Positions 1 through 14,439 of a stretch of 64,000 bases of DNA are shown here, in pieces. This DNA is from Octopus sinensis (Eukaryota): contig NC_043015.1 in assembly GCF_006345805.1 (NCBI RefSeq), positions 38,192,001 to 38,256,000 of the forward strand, written 5' to 3'. Under the pieces are notes generated by a model. The model had not been told where the DNA came from. It saw nothing but the letters and a program-made list of their open reading frames with translations, and searched no databases. Each line of letters opens with the position of its first letter. Positions within the stretch are counted from its first letter, which is position 1. The position numbers and the translations under genes were made by a program.

Positions 1-959
1 ATGCTGCAGCAAGTGCCACTGGCCGTTCTCCGCAGCAAAGCCATCGCGGTCATTTCCGTAGTGCCAGGTCATTTCCGTAGACCATTTGTCTTGTGGTGTA
101 CTCCACCCCTTTTTTTGCTTAATCCACTCCTGTTTTTGCTTCTTGGTTTTCTTGTAATTAAATTGTGAGTCAATCACTAAGATGTGTAATGGTTACATGT
201 TCCTGGCAGATGGAACGGATGCAGAGGTAATTAGCGTTGATGGCTGACGAGTTAAAACATCGTTGCACAGTGAAATATGCACCGAAATGAATTCACAGAA
301 GAAAAACAAAAAATAATTTCTATCAGATTTTATTTATCCGTTTCAGTTCTTCTCGCCAGGGAGTGTACAGAGTCTGTTTTCCAATGGTAAAGGGATGGTA
401 GTAACCACAAGGCGCCAGAACTTTCGAGGAAATGTTTTGAGTCGGATGAAGATGCTGCAAAGACATGGATGTACGACATGTGAAAGTGATAACGAACTGT
501 CCGAAAATATTCGAAGCGGGTTCGAATCTATGCGCGTTCGAAAGCTGGAAGTAGGTCGGGCGAACAAAGAAATTGAATACGTTTATCTAAGGCTAATATT
601 ATTCTCAAAACATATCAGGTCGTGTTCTAACGAGGCAAGATTTTTACCAAGATAACATTAAACCTTTAATCTTAACGAAAGTAAAGTGATTAATAAAGGT
701 CTTTTAAAAAAAAAAAGGGTTCCTCTTGAGTGAGAAAATTGTCTTTTTTGTGTTTAATGCTGTGACTGTCGAGTGAAAGACTTTTAACATGTAGAGACTT
801 TAAAGTCGAACCAAAAGAAAGAAATTAGTCAGAATCGGTTTGTTAATCTCGTGTCTTTCTCTGGATTCAGTCATTGGATTGCGACCAGGTCTGGTTGATT
901 CTCTTTAACGGTTCTACTCGAACAAATCGAGCCCAGAACTTGATATTCTTTTAAATATG

Positions 960-1150
960 GTATTTGCTTTTCTTCCCTGAAGAACCGCTAAGTTAAGGGG
1001 ACATAAACAAAATCAACACCGGTTGTCAAACGGTGATGGGAGACAAACACCGACGCAAGGACACACGCAAACTGGTACACACACACACACACACACGGCG
1101 GGTTTATACTCTGCTTCCGTCTACCAAATTCATTCGCATGGTATTGGATG
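960..1150 (-). mobile_element. Partial tRNA-derived SINE (family B)
   Basis: gaaccgctaagttaaggggacataaac...ccggttgtcaa...ttccgtctaccaaattcattc matches the internal part of the full copy at 21995-22449. Confidence 0.75.
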
Positions 1151-2084
1151 ACCTAATATTTTGTTGTTTTTGTTGATGTAGGATCTGGAAGGGGTCGTGC
1201 CCCAAGAGAACCCCTCACAGGTTCTCTAGGACTGGTGAGATTGTTGCCATTAACGTTCAGTATGAACTGTTGAAGGTCAACATCTGTAGGAAAGACACCA
1301 ACTGGGAGAAGATTCCAGGGGACGTCGTTCCGAGGAGAAAGGACAGGAGATAACGGTTAGTCCGGAGTCGAGAAAAGGGAAATGGATGCATCAAGAATTT
1401 CGAGATATAGAAAATCGAATGGGTCGGGATTGCCTTCAAATACTTAATCGATATTTCGTTCACTTTCTGGCAGGAATTATTTTACAAAACTGAAGTCAAT
1501 AAGTGGCGTGTGTGTGTTGAAGACTCGGTCCATATCATCAGATCGAAAATGTGTTCTGAAGCAAGAGGAAATTGTGGCGATAAATACATTAGTAGATCTT
1601 TGAAAATGGATAAGTCTACCGTGTAGAATTAAATTAACAAATGCCGTGGCTTAGGAAGCATATTTACATGCTGGGAATGAGATGAGTGATGTTATCTTTT
1701 ATGAAGGCGATGTGTGCTTTGGTGCTGGAGCTATTGAAAAATCGATATATCAGTGTAGATAAGATCATAAAAGGTAAGTTGGACTGACCAGGAGATTAAC
1801 GGAGCTAAATCTCTGTTAGGGATGAAGAAGAGTTTATCTCGCGATTATCGTTTGATAGGGGAAATTTATTAATGTTAATCCACCAAAGAATTAAAAGCAA
1901 TCTCAGTGTTTTTTTGTTTGTTTATTGATTTCTGTGGAAGGTTTTTACCAATTATTCTTCAAACATCACTGTCTGTGTCACGTGACATCCCATTTTGTGT
2001 CACGTGGTGTTGCATTTTCATGGCGAATTTAACAAAAGGCATTTGAAGATATTAAAAGTGACGTTCATATGAAAACCAGGGATG

Positions 2085-2253
2085 AGGCAGAATCGTCAGC
2101 ACGCTGGGAAAAATGCTTAACGGCATTTCGTTCGTCTTTGCGTTCTGAGTTCAAATTCCGCCGAGGTCGACTTTGCCTTTCATCCTTTCGGAGTCGATAG
2201 AATAAGTGCTAGTCGAGCACTCCACCGAAATTGCTGGCCTTGTGCAAAAATTT
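2085..2253 (+). mobile_element. tRNA-derived SINE (family A, Meta-domain-like core)
   Basis: ggcagaatcgtcagcacgctgggaaaaatgcttaacgg...gagttcaaattccgccgaggtcgactttgcctttcatcctttcggagtcgatagaataagt. It has a B-box-like gagttcaaattcc, and the core recurs many times in the window. Confidence 0.85.
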
Positions 2254-2709
2254 AAAAATCAGATGTTGTGATATCATAAATCTAGATTTATGATGTCACA
2301 GTAGTGATCTGCTAAAGTACTGGCAGAAGTGAAAAGGTTGTATCAAAAATACACTCGTAAGATGGCCATCTTCAATGGTTTTCAAGAACATGAACTACAA
2401 AAAAAAACGTGGTACTCAAATATCGAAGAGAAACCTTTGACCATTGTACTCTGTACTCGAAGAGGGCTGCATTTTCTACTGTAATATTTTGTCGGAGAGA
2501 AACTTCTCAGAAAGACTTTTGTGTTAAAAGATACAAAGCTTAATTGCATCTCCAGTTTGGCAAAGAAAACGAAAAAAATGATGAGCCACACCAAACTCGA
2601 TTTGTATCCGAAGTAAACAACTAAAACAACTGCGATTCTGAAGAAGGGTCAACTGCGTACATTGACCTAAGGAGCTCAAATAAACAATGTGATAAGTACG
2701 GATTTCAAA

Positions 2710-2902
2710 TTTTGGCGCAAGGCCAGCAATTTCGGGGGAGAAGGGCTAAGTCGATTACATCGGCCTCTAGTGCTCGACTGGTACTTTATCAACCTCCGAA
2801 GGATGAAAGACAAAATCAACCTCGGCAGCATTTGAACTCAGAACGTAAAGACGGACGAAATGACGCTAAACATTTTTCTCGGCGTGCTAACGATTCTGCC
2901 AG
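2710..2902 (-). mobile_element. tRNA-derived SINE (family A)
   Basis: Reverse complement of the 2085-2253 element (ggatgaaagacaaaatcaacctcggcagcatttgaactcagaacg...gctaacgattctgccagcttgccgcc). Confidence 0.85.
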
Positions 2903-3589
2903 CTTGCCGCCTCAAACAATAACATAAGCATTGCTATTGAACCCATTATGGAACCAGTTCCTTAACCTTTGAACGGTATTCAAGATTCTGCTAATAAAGA
3001 GTCTGGTTTGATAACCGCTACAGGAACCAGCACAACCGTTTTAGATTTCTTCCTAGAAAAACGAAAGGAATCGATCCTTAAACGGCGAATATCTTCATGC
3101 GATATTTCAAAAGCTTTTACATGGATTCGGCCATCATCAAAGGAAAGGGAATATTTTACGGCCCTTTTCCATAATGAGACTTAAAACGTTACTGTGCGAG
3201 ATCCTAGCAATTATTATAGATTATGTATTTATTTAAAGTTAATCAAATAAGTATATGAAATTACCTTTCAGAACAGAGATTCTCAACCGGGTTCCATATG
3301 ATCTTTGGGGGTTCCATAGGATCCTTGGGTGTCCGCGTAAGATTTTATCGTTATGCGCCATAAATTGGTTCTACTTCTGCAGAAATTATTTTAAGAATTT
3401 GTTTATACAATTCTTAACGATTTAATTATGAAAATACAATACGTTTTTTAAATACATCAAATGGCTATGAGCGTCCACCCAAGTGAAATAGGAATCAAAG
3501 GGATCCACACACACAGATATATATATATATAAGGAGAGACAGAAGTGGGGTGGGGACAAAGAGGGAGTAGAAATAAGGTAGATAAATGA

Positions 3590-3664
3590 ACAGAAACAGA
3601 CAGACAGATAGACAGATAGACAGACAGACAGACAGATAGATAGATAGATGATAGATAGATAGAT

Positions 3665-3698
<34 letters not shown>

Positions 3699-3726
3699 TA
3701 GATATAGATAGATAGATAGATAGATC

Positions 3727-3760
<34 letters not shown>

Positions 3761-3780
3761 AGATAGACAGACATACAGAC

Positions 3781-3863
<83 letters not shown>

Positions 3864-3867
3864 TAGA

Positions 3868-3966
<99 letters not shown>

Positions 3967-3983
3967 GTAGATAGATAGATAGG

Positions 3984-4062
<79 letters not shown>

Positions 4063-4229
4063 GTAGGTATGTAGGTAGACAGAGAAACAGACGTATAGAC
4101 AGGCATGTATATATGTATGTATGTATGTATGTATGTAGGTAGGTAGGTAGGTAGGTAGGTAGGTAGGTAGGTAGGTGGGTAGGTAGGTAGGTGGGTAGGT
4201 AGATACGTAGGTAGATAGATAGATAGATA
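3590..4229. repeat. (TAGA)n/(GACA)n/(TAGG)n compound microsatellite
   Basis: Direct inspection; explains the YLSI-repeat ORFs. Confidence 0.97.
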
Positions 4230-4300
4230 TGTTTCTTTATTAGCCACACAGGGCTGCACACAGATAGAACAAATTACAAGTAGAGCTTTTCTTTTGAAGG

Positions 4301-4334
<34 letters not shown>

Positions 4335-4399
4335 AAGGGGGAGGTTCGATCAAAAGGGATCGTAAAAGGAGAGAAAGAGGACAAAAATAAGGGGGGTTA

Positions 4400-4430
<31 letters not shown>

Positions 4431-5103
4431 AGAGGAAAAAAAAATGATCAATAGGGATCGTTATCACAGAAATGTCAATATGAAGTGTAAAGGGGAGGAC
4501 AGGTGAGTTTACCCGTGGAAAGAAAAAGCCTGCGGAAAAGACCACGGTAACCTCGGTCAATGAAGTCACATTTTATATTTCTTTTTTTTTTTTTTTTTTT
4601 GCAAATAAGCAACTCTCTGTTTTCGATTTCTGGGTTCATAGGACTATGCTCAAGGTGGCTTCGTCATTCATACGTGCCATTCTTGCTACATTCACCCATC
4701 TTTTTTTAAAACATTCGCTAGACAAAACTTGCCTCTCTACTCTCACTTTCCTTTTCAAGTGGTACTTGAAGAAGTTGATGAGAGATTGACCAGAGAGGAA
4801 AGTGTTTGTCTCCAATCCTTTCAGACGCGTCCACCAGATACATTCTTTCGCCATAGCCACAAGGATGATGAAAATAGCTCTTCCTTCCCGTTTGAAGGAA
4901 GGAGGCGTGACAATATTGACGATAGACTCAGCTGATAAACCGACTCGTCCCACACGTGACAGCAGTTGTTCGACATAAGCCCACAGGTCGGAAATTGTTG
5001 GACACTGAACGAGTGCGTGCAGAACGGTTTCGTCGCTCTGACCGCATCTCGGGCAGGTCGGCCCCGTGTTTCTCGAGCCGTGTCTGTAGAGCTTATGGCT
5101 CGA
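4230..5103 (-). mobile_element. 5'-truncated L1/Tx1-clade non-LTR retrotransposon (ORF2 C-terminus plus 3'UTR)
   Basis: Open frame 5103-4636 reads [63 protein letters not shown]...KKRWVNVARMARMNDEATLSIVL*, containing the CxxC-x4-ET-xxH-xxxxC zinc knuckle typical of L1/Tx1 ORF2. A pyrimidine-rich 3'UTR and AATAAA (4241-4236) precede a (TATC)n tail. A 39-bp direct repeat lies at 4191-4229 and 5104-5142. Confidence 0.88.
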
Positions 5104-5124
5104 GTGGGTAGGTAGATACGTAGG

Positions 5125-5183
<59 letters not shown>

Positions 5184-5316
5184 GTAGATATGTAGGTAGA
5201 CAGAGAAACAGACGTATAGACAGGCATGTATGTATGTATGTATGTATGTATGTAGGTAGGTAGGTAGGTAGGTAGGTAGGTGGGTAGGTAGGTAGGTGGG
5301 TAGGTAGATACGTAGG

Positions 5317-5350
<34 letters not shown>

Positions 5351-5488
5351 TATAGATAGATAGATAGGTAGGTATGTAGGTAGACAGAGAAACAGACGTA
5401 TAGACAGGCATGTATGTATGTATGTATGTATGTAGGTAGGTAGGTATGTAGGTAGGTAGGTAGGTAGGTGGGTAGGTAGATAGGTAGG

Positions 5489-5559
<71 letters not shown>

Positions 5560-5560
5560 A
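5104..5560. repeat. (TAGA)n/(TATG)n/(TAGG)n compound array with higher-order unit
   Basis: The spacer gtagacagagaaacagacgtatagacaggcatgtat occurs at ~4075, ~5195 and ~5380. Confidence 0.95.
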
Positions 5561-5917
5561 ACAATAAATAAAGAGACAGACAGACAGACCGTACATTTAT
5601 TATGGCCTTGGTTATTTAGAAGAGTTTCATTGTTAATCCTTCCCTAATCTGGTTTTGTCCCCACCCTGACCCCAACCCATCGGGCGTATTGCTGTTTATT
5701 GTCGCTGTCCTACATTATCAATAGAGAGATATAATGTCGATTGAATGTTTATTGGTATCGATCACATCAGCAATCAATGGTGGAGCTAGCTTTGCAATAC
5801 TACGGATGTCTAATGGCTTCCACTCTCTAGCTGATCACTTCAAATGCTAGAAATAGCAGTCAAAACTTTCTCGAATACCACTCAACTGATTTTCATTATT
5901 ATTATTATTATTATTAA

Positions 5918-5971
<54 letters not shown>

Positions 5972-5999
5972 CATTATTATTATTATTATTATTATTATT

Positions 6000-6550
6000 G
6001 AGTGAGAGAGCAGTGTATACCATCAAAGTGACACTGGGGTAAAATATACGAAGCCCAATATATCCATCATGACTACCCTTTGATAAGGGTACACCAGGCA
6101 CATGGATCACAACCATGTGTTCGTGACATGGTGATCTCATATCAAGATAAACAGCGCATGACCTTGCAGGTGGGGCCCAGTTAGAATTTTCTTCTGGTCG
6201 AGTAGTCCATCCTGCTCAAAAGGTCCCTGAATAAGGATTGTTTAAGGATGTTGAACGAACCACCCATGTTTCCAAAGATGAATTGTCCAAACTCCAAAGA
6301 CTTCCTCTCAACACACGGCTATGATGCTCCCCCATTACTTCTGCTCGTGATCAGAGATGCACATATCGTCAGCCACTAAGGGACATGCTCAACTGGTTAA
6401 GGTCAAACAACTGACAAGCAAAGTCTGTGAGCAGAATATTTACTGTAGTCCATCTTTTATACCAAGACAAAACAATGTACATGATAACACTTCCAATCAG
6501 TTAAGATCAGAAGCCATGAGAGCCACTGCCTGGTACTGCATCAGGGCATT
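6000..6550. mobile_element. Probable non-autonomous interspersed element embedded in (ATT)n
   Basis: ~550-bp complex island bounded by (ATT)n on both sides (5895-5998 and ~6549-6562), with no convincing ORF. Family assignment is from recollection and not verified. Confidence 0.5.
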
Positions 6551-7026
6551 TATTATTATTATTTCTGTTGTTGTTGTTCCTCGCTGCAATTCTCTGGCGG
6601 AATCAAGCTAAATCAGACGGTATGCAACACGGATTGTACCTTTAAATTCTGGGTACAATCCACAATGGGCTTCAATGCAGTTTCCATCTACCCGTTTTCA
6701 GTCATAAGATGCGGACCGAACCGAAACTAAAGAAAGTAACAATTGCCTAAGATGCCGCGCAGTGAGCTTGAACGCTGGACCTCGCAATTGTAGAGCGACG
6801 TTTCTAAGCATTCGTTCATACTACGCTTCGTCATAAATGCAAAAACAATAGCCAGAAGCACTCGTCTCAAAATGGGAATCAAATATCTTTCATAGTTTGA
6901 CGTTTATTTGACGTTGTTAGAAGAAAACCCTGTTCTGTAATATTAAGTCATCAGACATGTCTGTCGTCTGCCTTCCATACAAACACCATTTTACATGTCC
7001 ACTATTTACCTTACAACTTCTCATCT

Positions 7027-7138
7027 ATCTTCTTCTTCTTCTTCTTCTTCTTCTTCTTCTTCTTCTTCTTCTTCTTCTTCTTCTTCTTCTTCTTCTTCTT
7101 CTTCTTCTTCTTCTTCTTCTTCTTCTTCTCCTTCTTCT
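7027..7138. repeat. (CTT)n microsatellite
   Basis: Direct inspection. Confidence 0.98.
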
Positions 7139-7711
7139 CAAGCCATGTCGGCATTATCAAACTGTTTGATGTTTAACAGGTAAACGACAGGCAAGTCCAG
7201 CCTGTGTCGTGAGCGCTTTCGATCGGCCGATTGCTTCTAAAACAACTTTGGGTGACACATTCGACTTGTAACTTCAACGAAACGTGTTGCCAAACAAGAT
7301 GGCCACTGTTCAATACTTTTTGTGTTGTACTGGCGACATATTAAATGAAGGTTTCGTGAGTCAATATGGCGTTGACCTGGCAATAAAAACACATCTGATT
7401 CTCTTGATTCTCCTGAATGAGTAAATGTGGGAGAGAATAATAGATTGGAGATGAATAAAACACGGTTTCTTGATGTTTGGTGTATCTAGCTGTAAAGTAG
7501 GTACCGCAATGAGGCATGGTTCACTTAACTCACAAAACTAAAGTTCCTATGTAGACTTGTGTTGAAGGTTTGTTAATTGGTCTCTTAATAACTAATTATT
7601 AACTTCGTTAATTTTTACAAATGAGATTTCAGCCCAACAAAATAAAGGCACAGTCTGTCACAAATTGTGCACACATAAAGGTCGTTGTGATTCACCTTCT
7701 CGACAGCAACG

Positions 7712-9263
<1,552 letters not shown>

Positions 9264-9399
9264 CAATTTTTTCTTTGTTCGTCTTGTTTACACGCAAAAC
9301 CCTCGCAACAACAACACACTCACACACATACATCTTTTATTTTGTCCTTTACGGTCCAGAACGTTTTTCTTAATGTGAAACCCTATGGTTAATAAGGAA

Positions 9400-9514
9400 A
9401 TCATTATAATTATTAATTATTATTTTTTTTTATTATTATTATCATCATCATCATTATCATCATCATCATCATTATTATTATTTTATTATTATTATTATTA
9501 CATTATTATTATTT

Positions 9515-9589
<75 letters not shown>

Positions 9590-9655
9590 CATCATCATCA
9601 TCATATTCATCATCATTATTATTATTATTATTATCATTATATTATTATTATTATA

Positions 9656-9688
<33 letters not shown>

Positions 9689-9820
9689 CATCATCATAAT
9701 AATTATTATTATTATTATCATTATTATTATTATTATTATTATTTCATCATCATCATCTCATCATCATCATCATCATTATTATTATTATTATTATCATTAT
9801 TATTATTATATATTATTATA

Positions 9821-9915
<95 letters not shown>

Positions 9916-9920
9916 CATTA
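9400..9920. repeat. (ATT)n/(ATC)n microsatellite
   Basis: Direct inspection. Confidence 0.97.
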
Positions 9921-9944
9921 TAAAGATATGTATTGTCGTTTTTG

Positions 9945-10145
9945 TTTCATCTGTTTCAGTGGTTAGACTGCGGCCATGCTGGGGCACCACCTTCAAGAAT
10001 CTTTAGTCGAATGGCTCGATCTTAGTACTTAGCTCTATTTTGAGCACCGGTACTTATTCAGTCAGTCTCATTTGCCGAACTGCTACGTAAAAGGTACGTC
10101 AACACTCCAATACCGGTTGTCAAGCAATCATGGCGGACAAACACG
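9945..10145 (-). mobile_element. SINE family B, 3' portion
   Basis: ctgcggccatgctggggcaccacc...tttgccgaactgctacg...ccggttgtcaagc matches 22030-22190. Confidence 0.8.
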
Positions 10146-10680
10146 GGTGCGCACGCATACACAGACACACACACTCATTCAGTCACTCACTCACACACAC
10201 AAACACACACACACACTCGTTCACACAAACACACACACTCATTCGCTCACACAGACATACACACAAACACACACTCATTTACTCACACACACTCATTCAC
10301 TCACTCATACACACAAGCATATATGCACACCCATTCACTCACTCACACACGTACACACACACATGCACTCACACATATGGGTATATCGGAGCGGTTTTCC
10401 TTCAGGTTCTTCTAATTATATGTAATGTCACATGCAATATCTCATACACACACCACACACACACACAGACATGCATGTATGTATATACATACACACACAC
10501 ACACACACACACTCACACTCATATAAACATACTTACGTGTACATATACGTGTTAAATATACATGTGTGTGTATGTGTATATTTAAACAAATGTGGTATGT
10601 TTGGACTTGTCTGACCACAAGTGAGTGACATTCAATGGTTAATCAATAATTGCGTTGATTCGTACAAACACAAAGAATCA

Positions 10681-10713
<33 letters not shown>

Positions 10714-10724
10714 AGCACACACAT

Positions 10725-10757
<33 letters not shown>

Positions 10758-11339
10758 GACACGCACATACACACGTACACATTAAATTCATTTTAATGAC
10801 GTCTCTTATTGTTCTTAAATTTATTCCACGCTTCCAAATCCTTAAAACATATCGAAGCAACAGCTGCCTCACACACACCGTCGATCGAGAGTCAGCTGGC
10901 GAGACAGAGCGGTCGATAGTTCGCATCCTATGTGACTCTGCTCGTACCACAACCACCACCACCACTACGACTACTATTACTACTAGAAGAAAAAAGTTAG
11001 GAGTCGGTGGTTGATGACGGCAACATGGACTCCTATTCGCCGTGTCCGGGAGAGTCGTGTGAGCCGATGGAAGTGTTTGCCAAAAATGCTGAAGTTACTC
11101 CTCGAGAAACCTGTCATGCTCTGCTTCTTCTCCGATGAGAAAAAACAAATTTTGTTGACCAGGGCCAGAAGATGGACAAGAGAAAACGCTGCAGTAGTGA
11201 ACTTATTACACAAATGCCATGAAGATGTCTCTGGCGACGCATCCCATCTTTCCGTGGATTTTGATGACCTAAAAATTCATGTCGTGCTGCCTCACTTTTT
11301 TTTCCTGCAGGACCTACATCTACGGCTCTCATCCCAAGA

Positions 11340-11993
11340 CTCATAGTCTTGAAACTTGCTTATTGTTACGTGTGATGAAAAATGAATTCTTTTCAACAAT
11401 AGCAACCGTTCTACGCGGTGGTTGCCAAAACACAATCCAAAAAACAATAACCACCAAAAACGCTAATAGTGTCTGTTTGATGGTCCAGTGTTTGTGTCAT
11501 CCACTACAACTTCATGAGACCTGGTAAGTCAACTACAGCGGATAATATACGTCAACCAACTGGATGAAATGACGAGTGATCATTGCAATTAAACAACCGA
11601 GATTGGTCAATAGAGACAGGCCAGTTCTCTTGCAAGACAATGCTCGACCACATGTTGCACAGAAAACTCTACTCAAGTTACAGGAACTGAACTCGGAAGT
11701 ACTCTGTTATCCATCAGTTCTTGCACCAACTGACCATCACGTTTTCCAGGCATTAAACAACGTTTTGCAAGGAAAAAACTTCAAATCTGAAGATGCCAAA
11801 ACAGCCTTTCATGATTTCATCACTTCTTGCTCTCCAGAATTCTTTGCTGTTGGCATAAATAAGCTACTGATAAAATGGCAAAATTGTGTTGATGAGTTAA
11901 GTGCATACTTTGATTAACTGCTTTGCTTTTTGTTGTGAAAAAATAAAATAAACTTTCAGTTCAAAATCGGACACTTCATTCTTAATGACCTGA
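11340..11993 (+). mobile_element. Degenerate mariner transposon (C-terminal DD34D transposase region plus right TIR)
   Basis: LLQDNARPHVAQKTLLKLQEL...VLAPTDHHVFQALNNVLQGKNF...GINKLLIKWQNCVD...YFD* matches the mariner motifs HDNARPH and YSPDLAPSDYHLF. A TIR-like aaaatcggacacttcattcttaatgacctga lies at ~11963-11993. Confidence 0.92.
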
Positions 11994-12689
11994 CACAAAA
12001 CTAGTTTAAAGACAACGAATAGTTGGGTGGAAGTGGGGGGGGGGCATCGGAATAAAATAGTAATCAAAGGGGTTCGTAGGTAAAAAATTGGTTTGGAACT
12101 ATTTGTGCAACTTAGGTGCTAATCATGGTAGTCAATCCCTGGATCAAAGTATGACCCAATGAAGGCCATATATGTTCCACTAGGGCTCTACTCCTTCCCA
12201 CATGGCGCTCACGATACAGAGGTGGATAGCAAGGAGCTTTTAAGAATGCATAAAACCATCACTCCCACAACCTCCACCAATATGCCTCGTCCTTGCTTTT
12301 CTGATTTCAATCCCTGGACTCCTACTTATGGCGTCGTGGTCAAGGGGTGAGGGAGACAAACAGGAAGATCTACAGGAGCAAGAACTCGAAGGACACCACC
12401 ATTGACGTGAAGGGCAACATGAATGTGTAAAAAATATATAAGCAATAAACTTATAAACCAATATCTCTATAAATATGCAAAAAAAATATGTATAAAAAAT
12501 ATATAAATGTATATAAAAATATATAAATATATAAGAAATATAAGTAAAAAGTATAAAGAGATAAAAAGCTTGTACGTAGAACACAAAATAGAAAGCAAGT
12601 TCTATCTGTAATCTCGGGGGTGGGGACCAAAACGTAACAAATATTTAGCCCTATGTGGGCATGATCTGAAAAGTTTAGTTCTTGAATTC

Positions 12690-13420
12690 AGACATGTAGC
12701 GGGGTCTAAGCTGCTTTTCCAGATGAGCTATCTTTCCATATCACAAATACCACACTTTCCACTGCCATTAGTGTAGGGCTTACACTTGGCAAAGATCTTC
12801 CAATGGATTTTGTAACTGACACCTTTATCTTTTAATGACCATATATGACTGGATAATTTGGTTGTTTTCCTTTTATTCCAGTGCCTGAAACTCAAGGTGT
12901 GATTATTGAACCTGGCCTTGAAATTTCCTTCTGTAAGGCCCACGTATTTCTTCGTCGAAACCGTGTCCTTAGTGGATATAGAGTCCACGGCGGCTTCATA
13001 AATGATAGTCTCGGACATGCAAGCTCCATTTAGCGGGCACAAATTTTTATCCCTGCATGAACAGCTGGTTTCGTATTATCTAAAAATGAGTTTAAAGGGA
13101 TGCATAACCCTGGCAGTTACCGTGTTTCCTCTTGAATAGGTATCAGATGCCGGCCAACCTCAACGGTCCTTATGCGATACCCAACTTAAGAGGAAGTTGC
13201 TAGAATCTGGTAATCATTTTCGCTAGGAAATTCTGAGTATCCTCTTCAGGAACGCATAATTTCCGTAGTGTAAGTAATAGTATTAATAATGATAATGAGA
13301 ACGGAGAGTTTTCACGTCTATAATATTCAAGACCTACACGCGTTTCAACTCCATTGACTACAAAATTGGTGTCATTGTCGGTACTGCCGTTTCAAAGTAA
13401 AACTGAGGAATCGTTATCAG
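12690..13420 (-). mobile_element. Penelope-like element fragment (GIY-YIG endonuclease) with pLTR-like remnant
   Basis: CPLNGACMSETIIYEAAV...KYVGLTEGNFKARFNNHTLSFRH...LSSHIWSLKDKG...IHWKIFAKCKPYTNGSGKCGIC is a PLE-type GIY-YIG domain. Upstream on the same strand is gttgaaacgcgtgtagg (13348-13332), resembling a PLE hammerhead 3' half. Confidence 0.88.
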
Positions 13421-13473
13421 TATTAATACAATAATATATATAATATATATATTATATATATATATATAATATA

Positions 13474-13517
<44 letters not shown>

Positions 13518-14439
13518 ATATAATATATACATGAATTATTTAATAACATCTTGAGCGTCTGTCGCCTTTTTGCATTTTCCCTATTTTTCTCTTAAATACG
13601 TCTTGCTTGTCCCCAAATTCAAATCCCACACAAGTCCATTGTTTCCTAGGACACTTATATACACACATACACACACACACACACACACAAACACACACAT
13701 ATATATATATACATACATACATACATACATACATACATACAAACAAACAAAAGGTTATGTCGCTTAGAGCGGCGAACAGTGCTTCTTTCTAAAGCAGAGA
13801 AAGTTTATTAGGGACCAGTTTATGAACCTATTTATTATCTAAGGGTTGTTATATCTGTGTGTGTGTGAGTGAGTGCATTTGTGCATGTGTGTGTATGTGT
13901 GTGTGTGTGTGTCTATATACATACATGTGTATGTTGAGTGTCGTGTGTGTGTGTGTAGTCAGTCTGTGAACGTTACAGGATGTCGCCTATAAAAGCAGTG
14001 GGTTACACAAACAGACCAAGAGGGCCCTTGTACACTTCCTAACATTTTCATGGCCGCGCAATTTAACCCCACCGACCCCAGTTTGGTATTTTACTCCACC
14101 CCACCCACAGCCACAAACCCCCAACCGCCATTTATCCTACTTTTGGCATTTTACCACCTCACTACCCCCTATTATTTTATCACACCAACCTCCTCTACCA
14201 TGCCCCCTGCTGATATTTTAGCCCCACTTAAACTCGAAGGTATTTTAGTCCTTCCCATGATAAATACGAGTTAGCGTGGGAGCCTCTACGTGATCTATCG
14301 GTGTGCTAAAAAAAACAGCAAAATCCCACTCAATTCAGAAAGAATAACGTAGTGTATAGCTAAGTCTCTTTTGTACTGAATAACGTAGTCCATAAAAATA
14401 GGAAAAGTTAGGCTGGTCACGGTGGAGCGCATTCTGGTT

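Noticed and set aside
1-190. Minus-strand open frame ...EMTWHYGNDRDGFAAENGQWHLLQH (ankyrin-like AAENG) with a 14-bp direct repeat ggtcatttccgtag
   Set aside because: Truncated by the window edge, weak acceptor, and only a 5-residue resemblance; cannot be distinguished from a repeat.
347-655. Plus-strand acceptor and ORF, also faintly like a mariner C-terminus (RKCFESDEDAAKTWM; RSGFESMRVR)
   Set aside because: Neither an exon nor a transposase interpretation is supported by diagnostic motifs or a clear donor.
1181-1233. Possible micro-exon (tgtag|GATCTG...GACTG|GTGAGA)
   Set aside because: Splice-like dinucleotides only; no compatible neighbouring exons or homology.
2969-3190. ~66-71 codons open on both strands
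   Set aside because: No recognisable domain or good splice sites; within chance expectation for a 64-kb window.
7620-7700. [15 protein letters not shown] resembling an EGF-like cysteine pattern
   Set aside because: Incomplete cysteine spacing, runs straight into a microsatellite, and has a weak donor.
11011-11346. 111-aa ORF upstream of the mariner fragment
   Set aside because: No recognisable homology; probably degraded repeat sequence.
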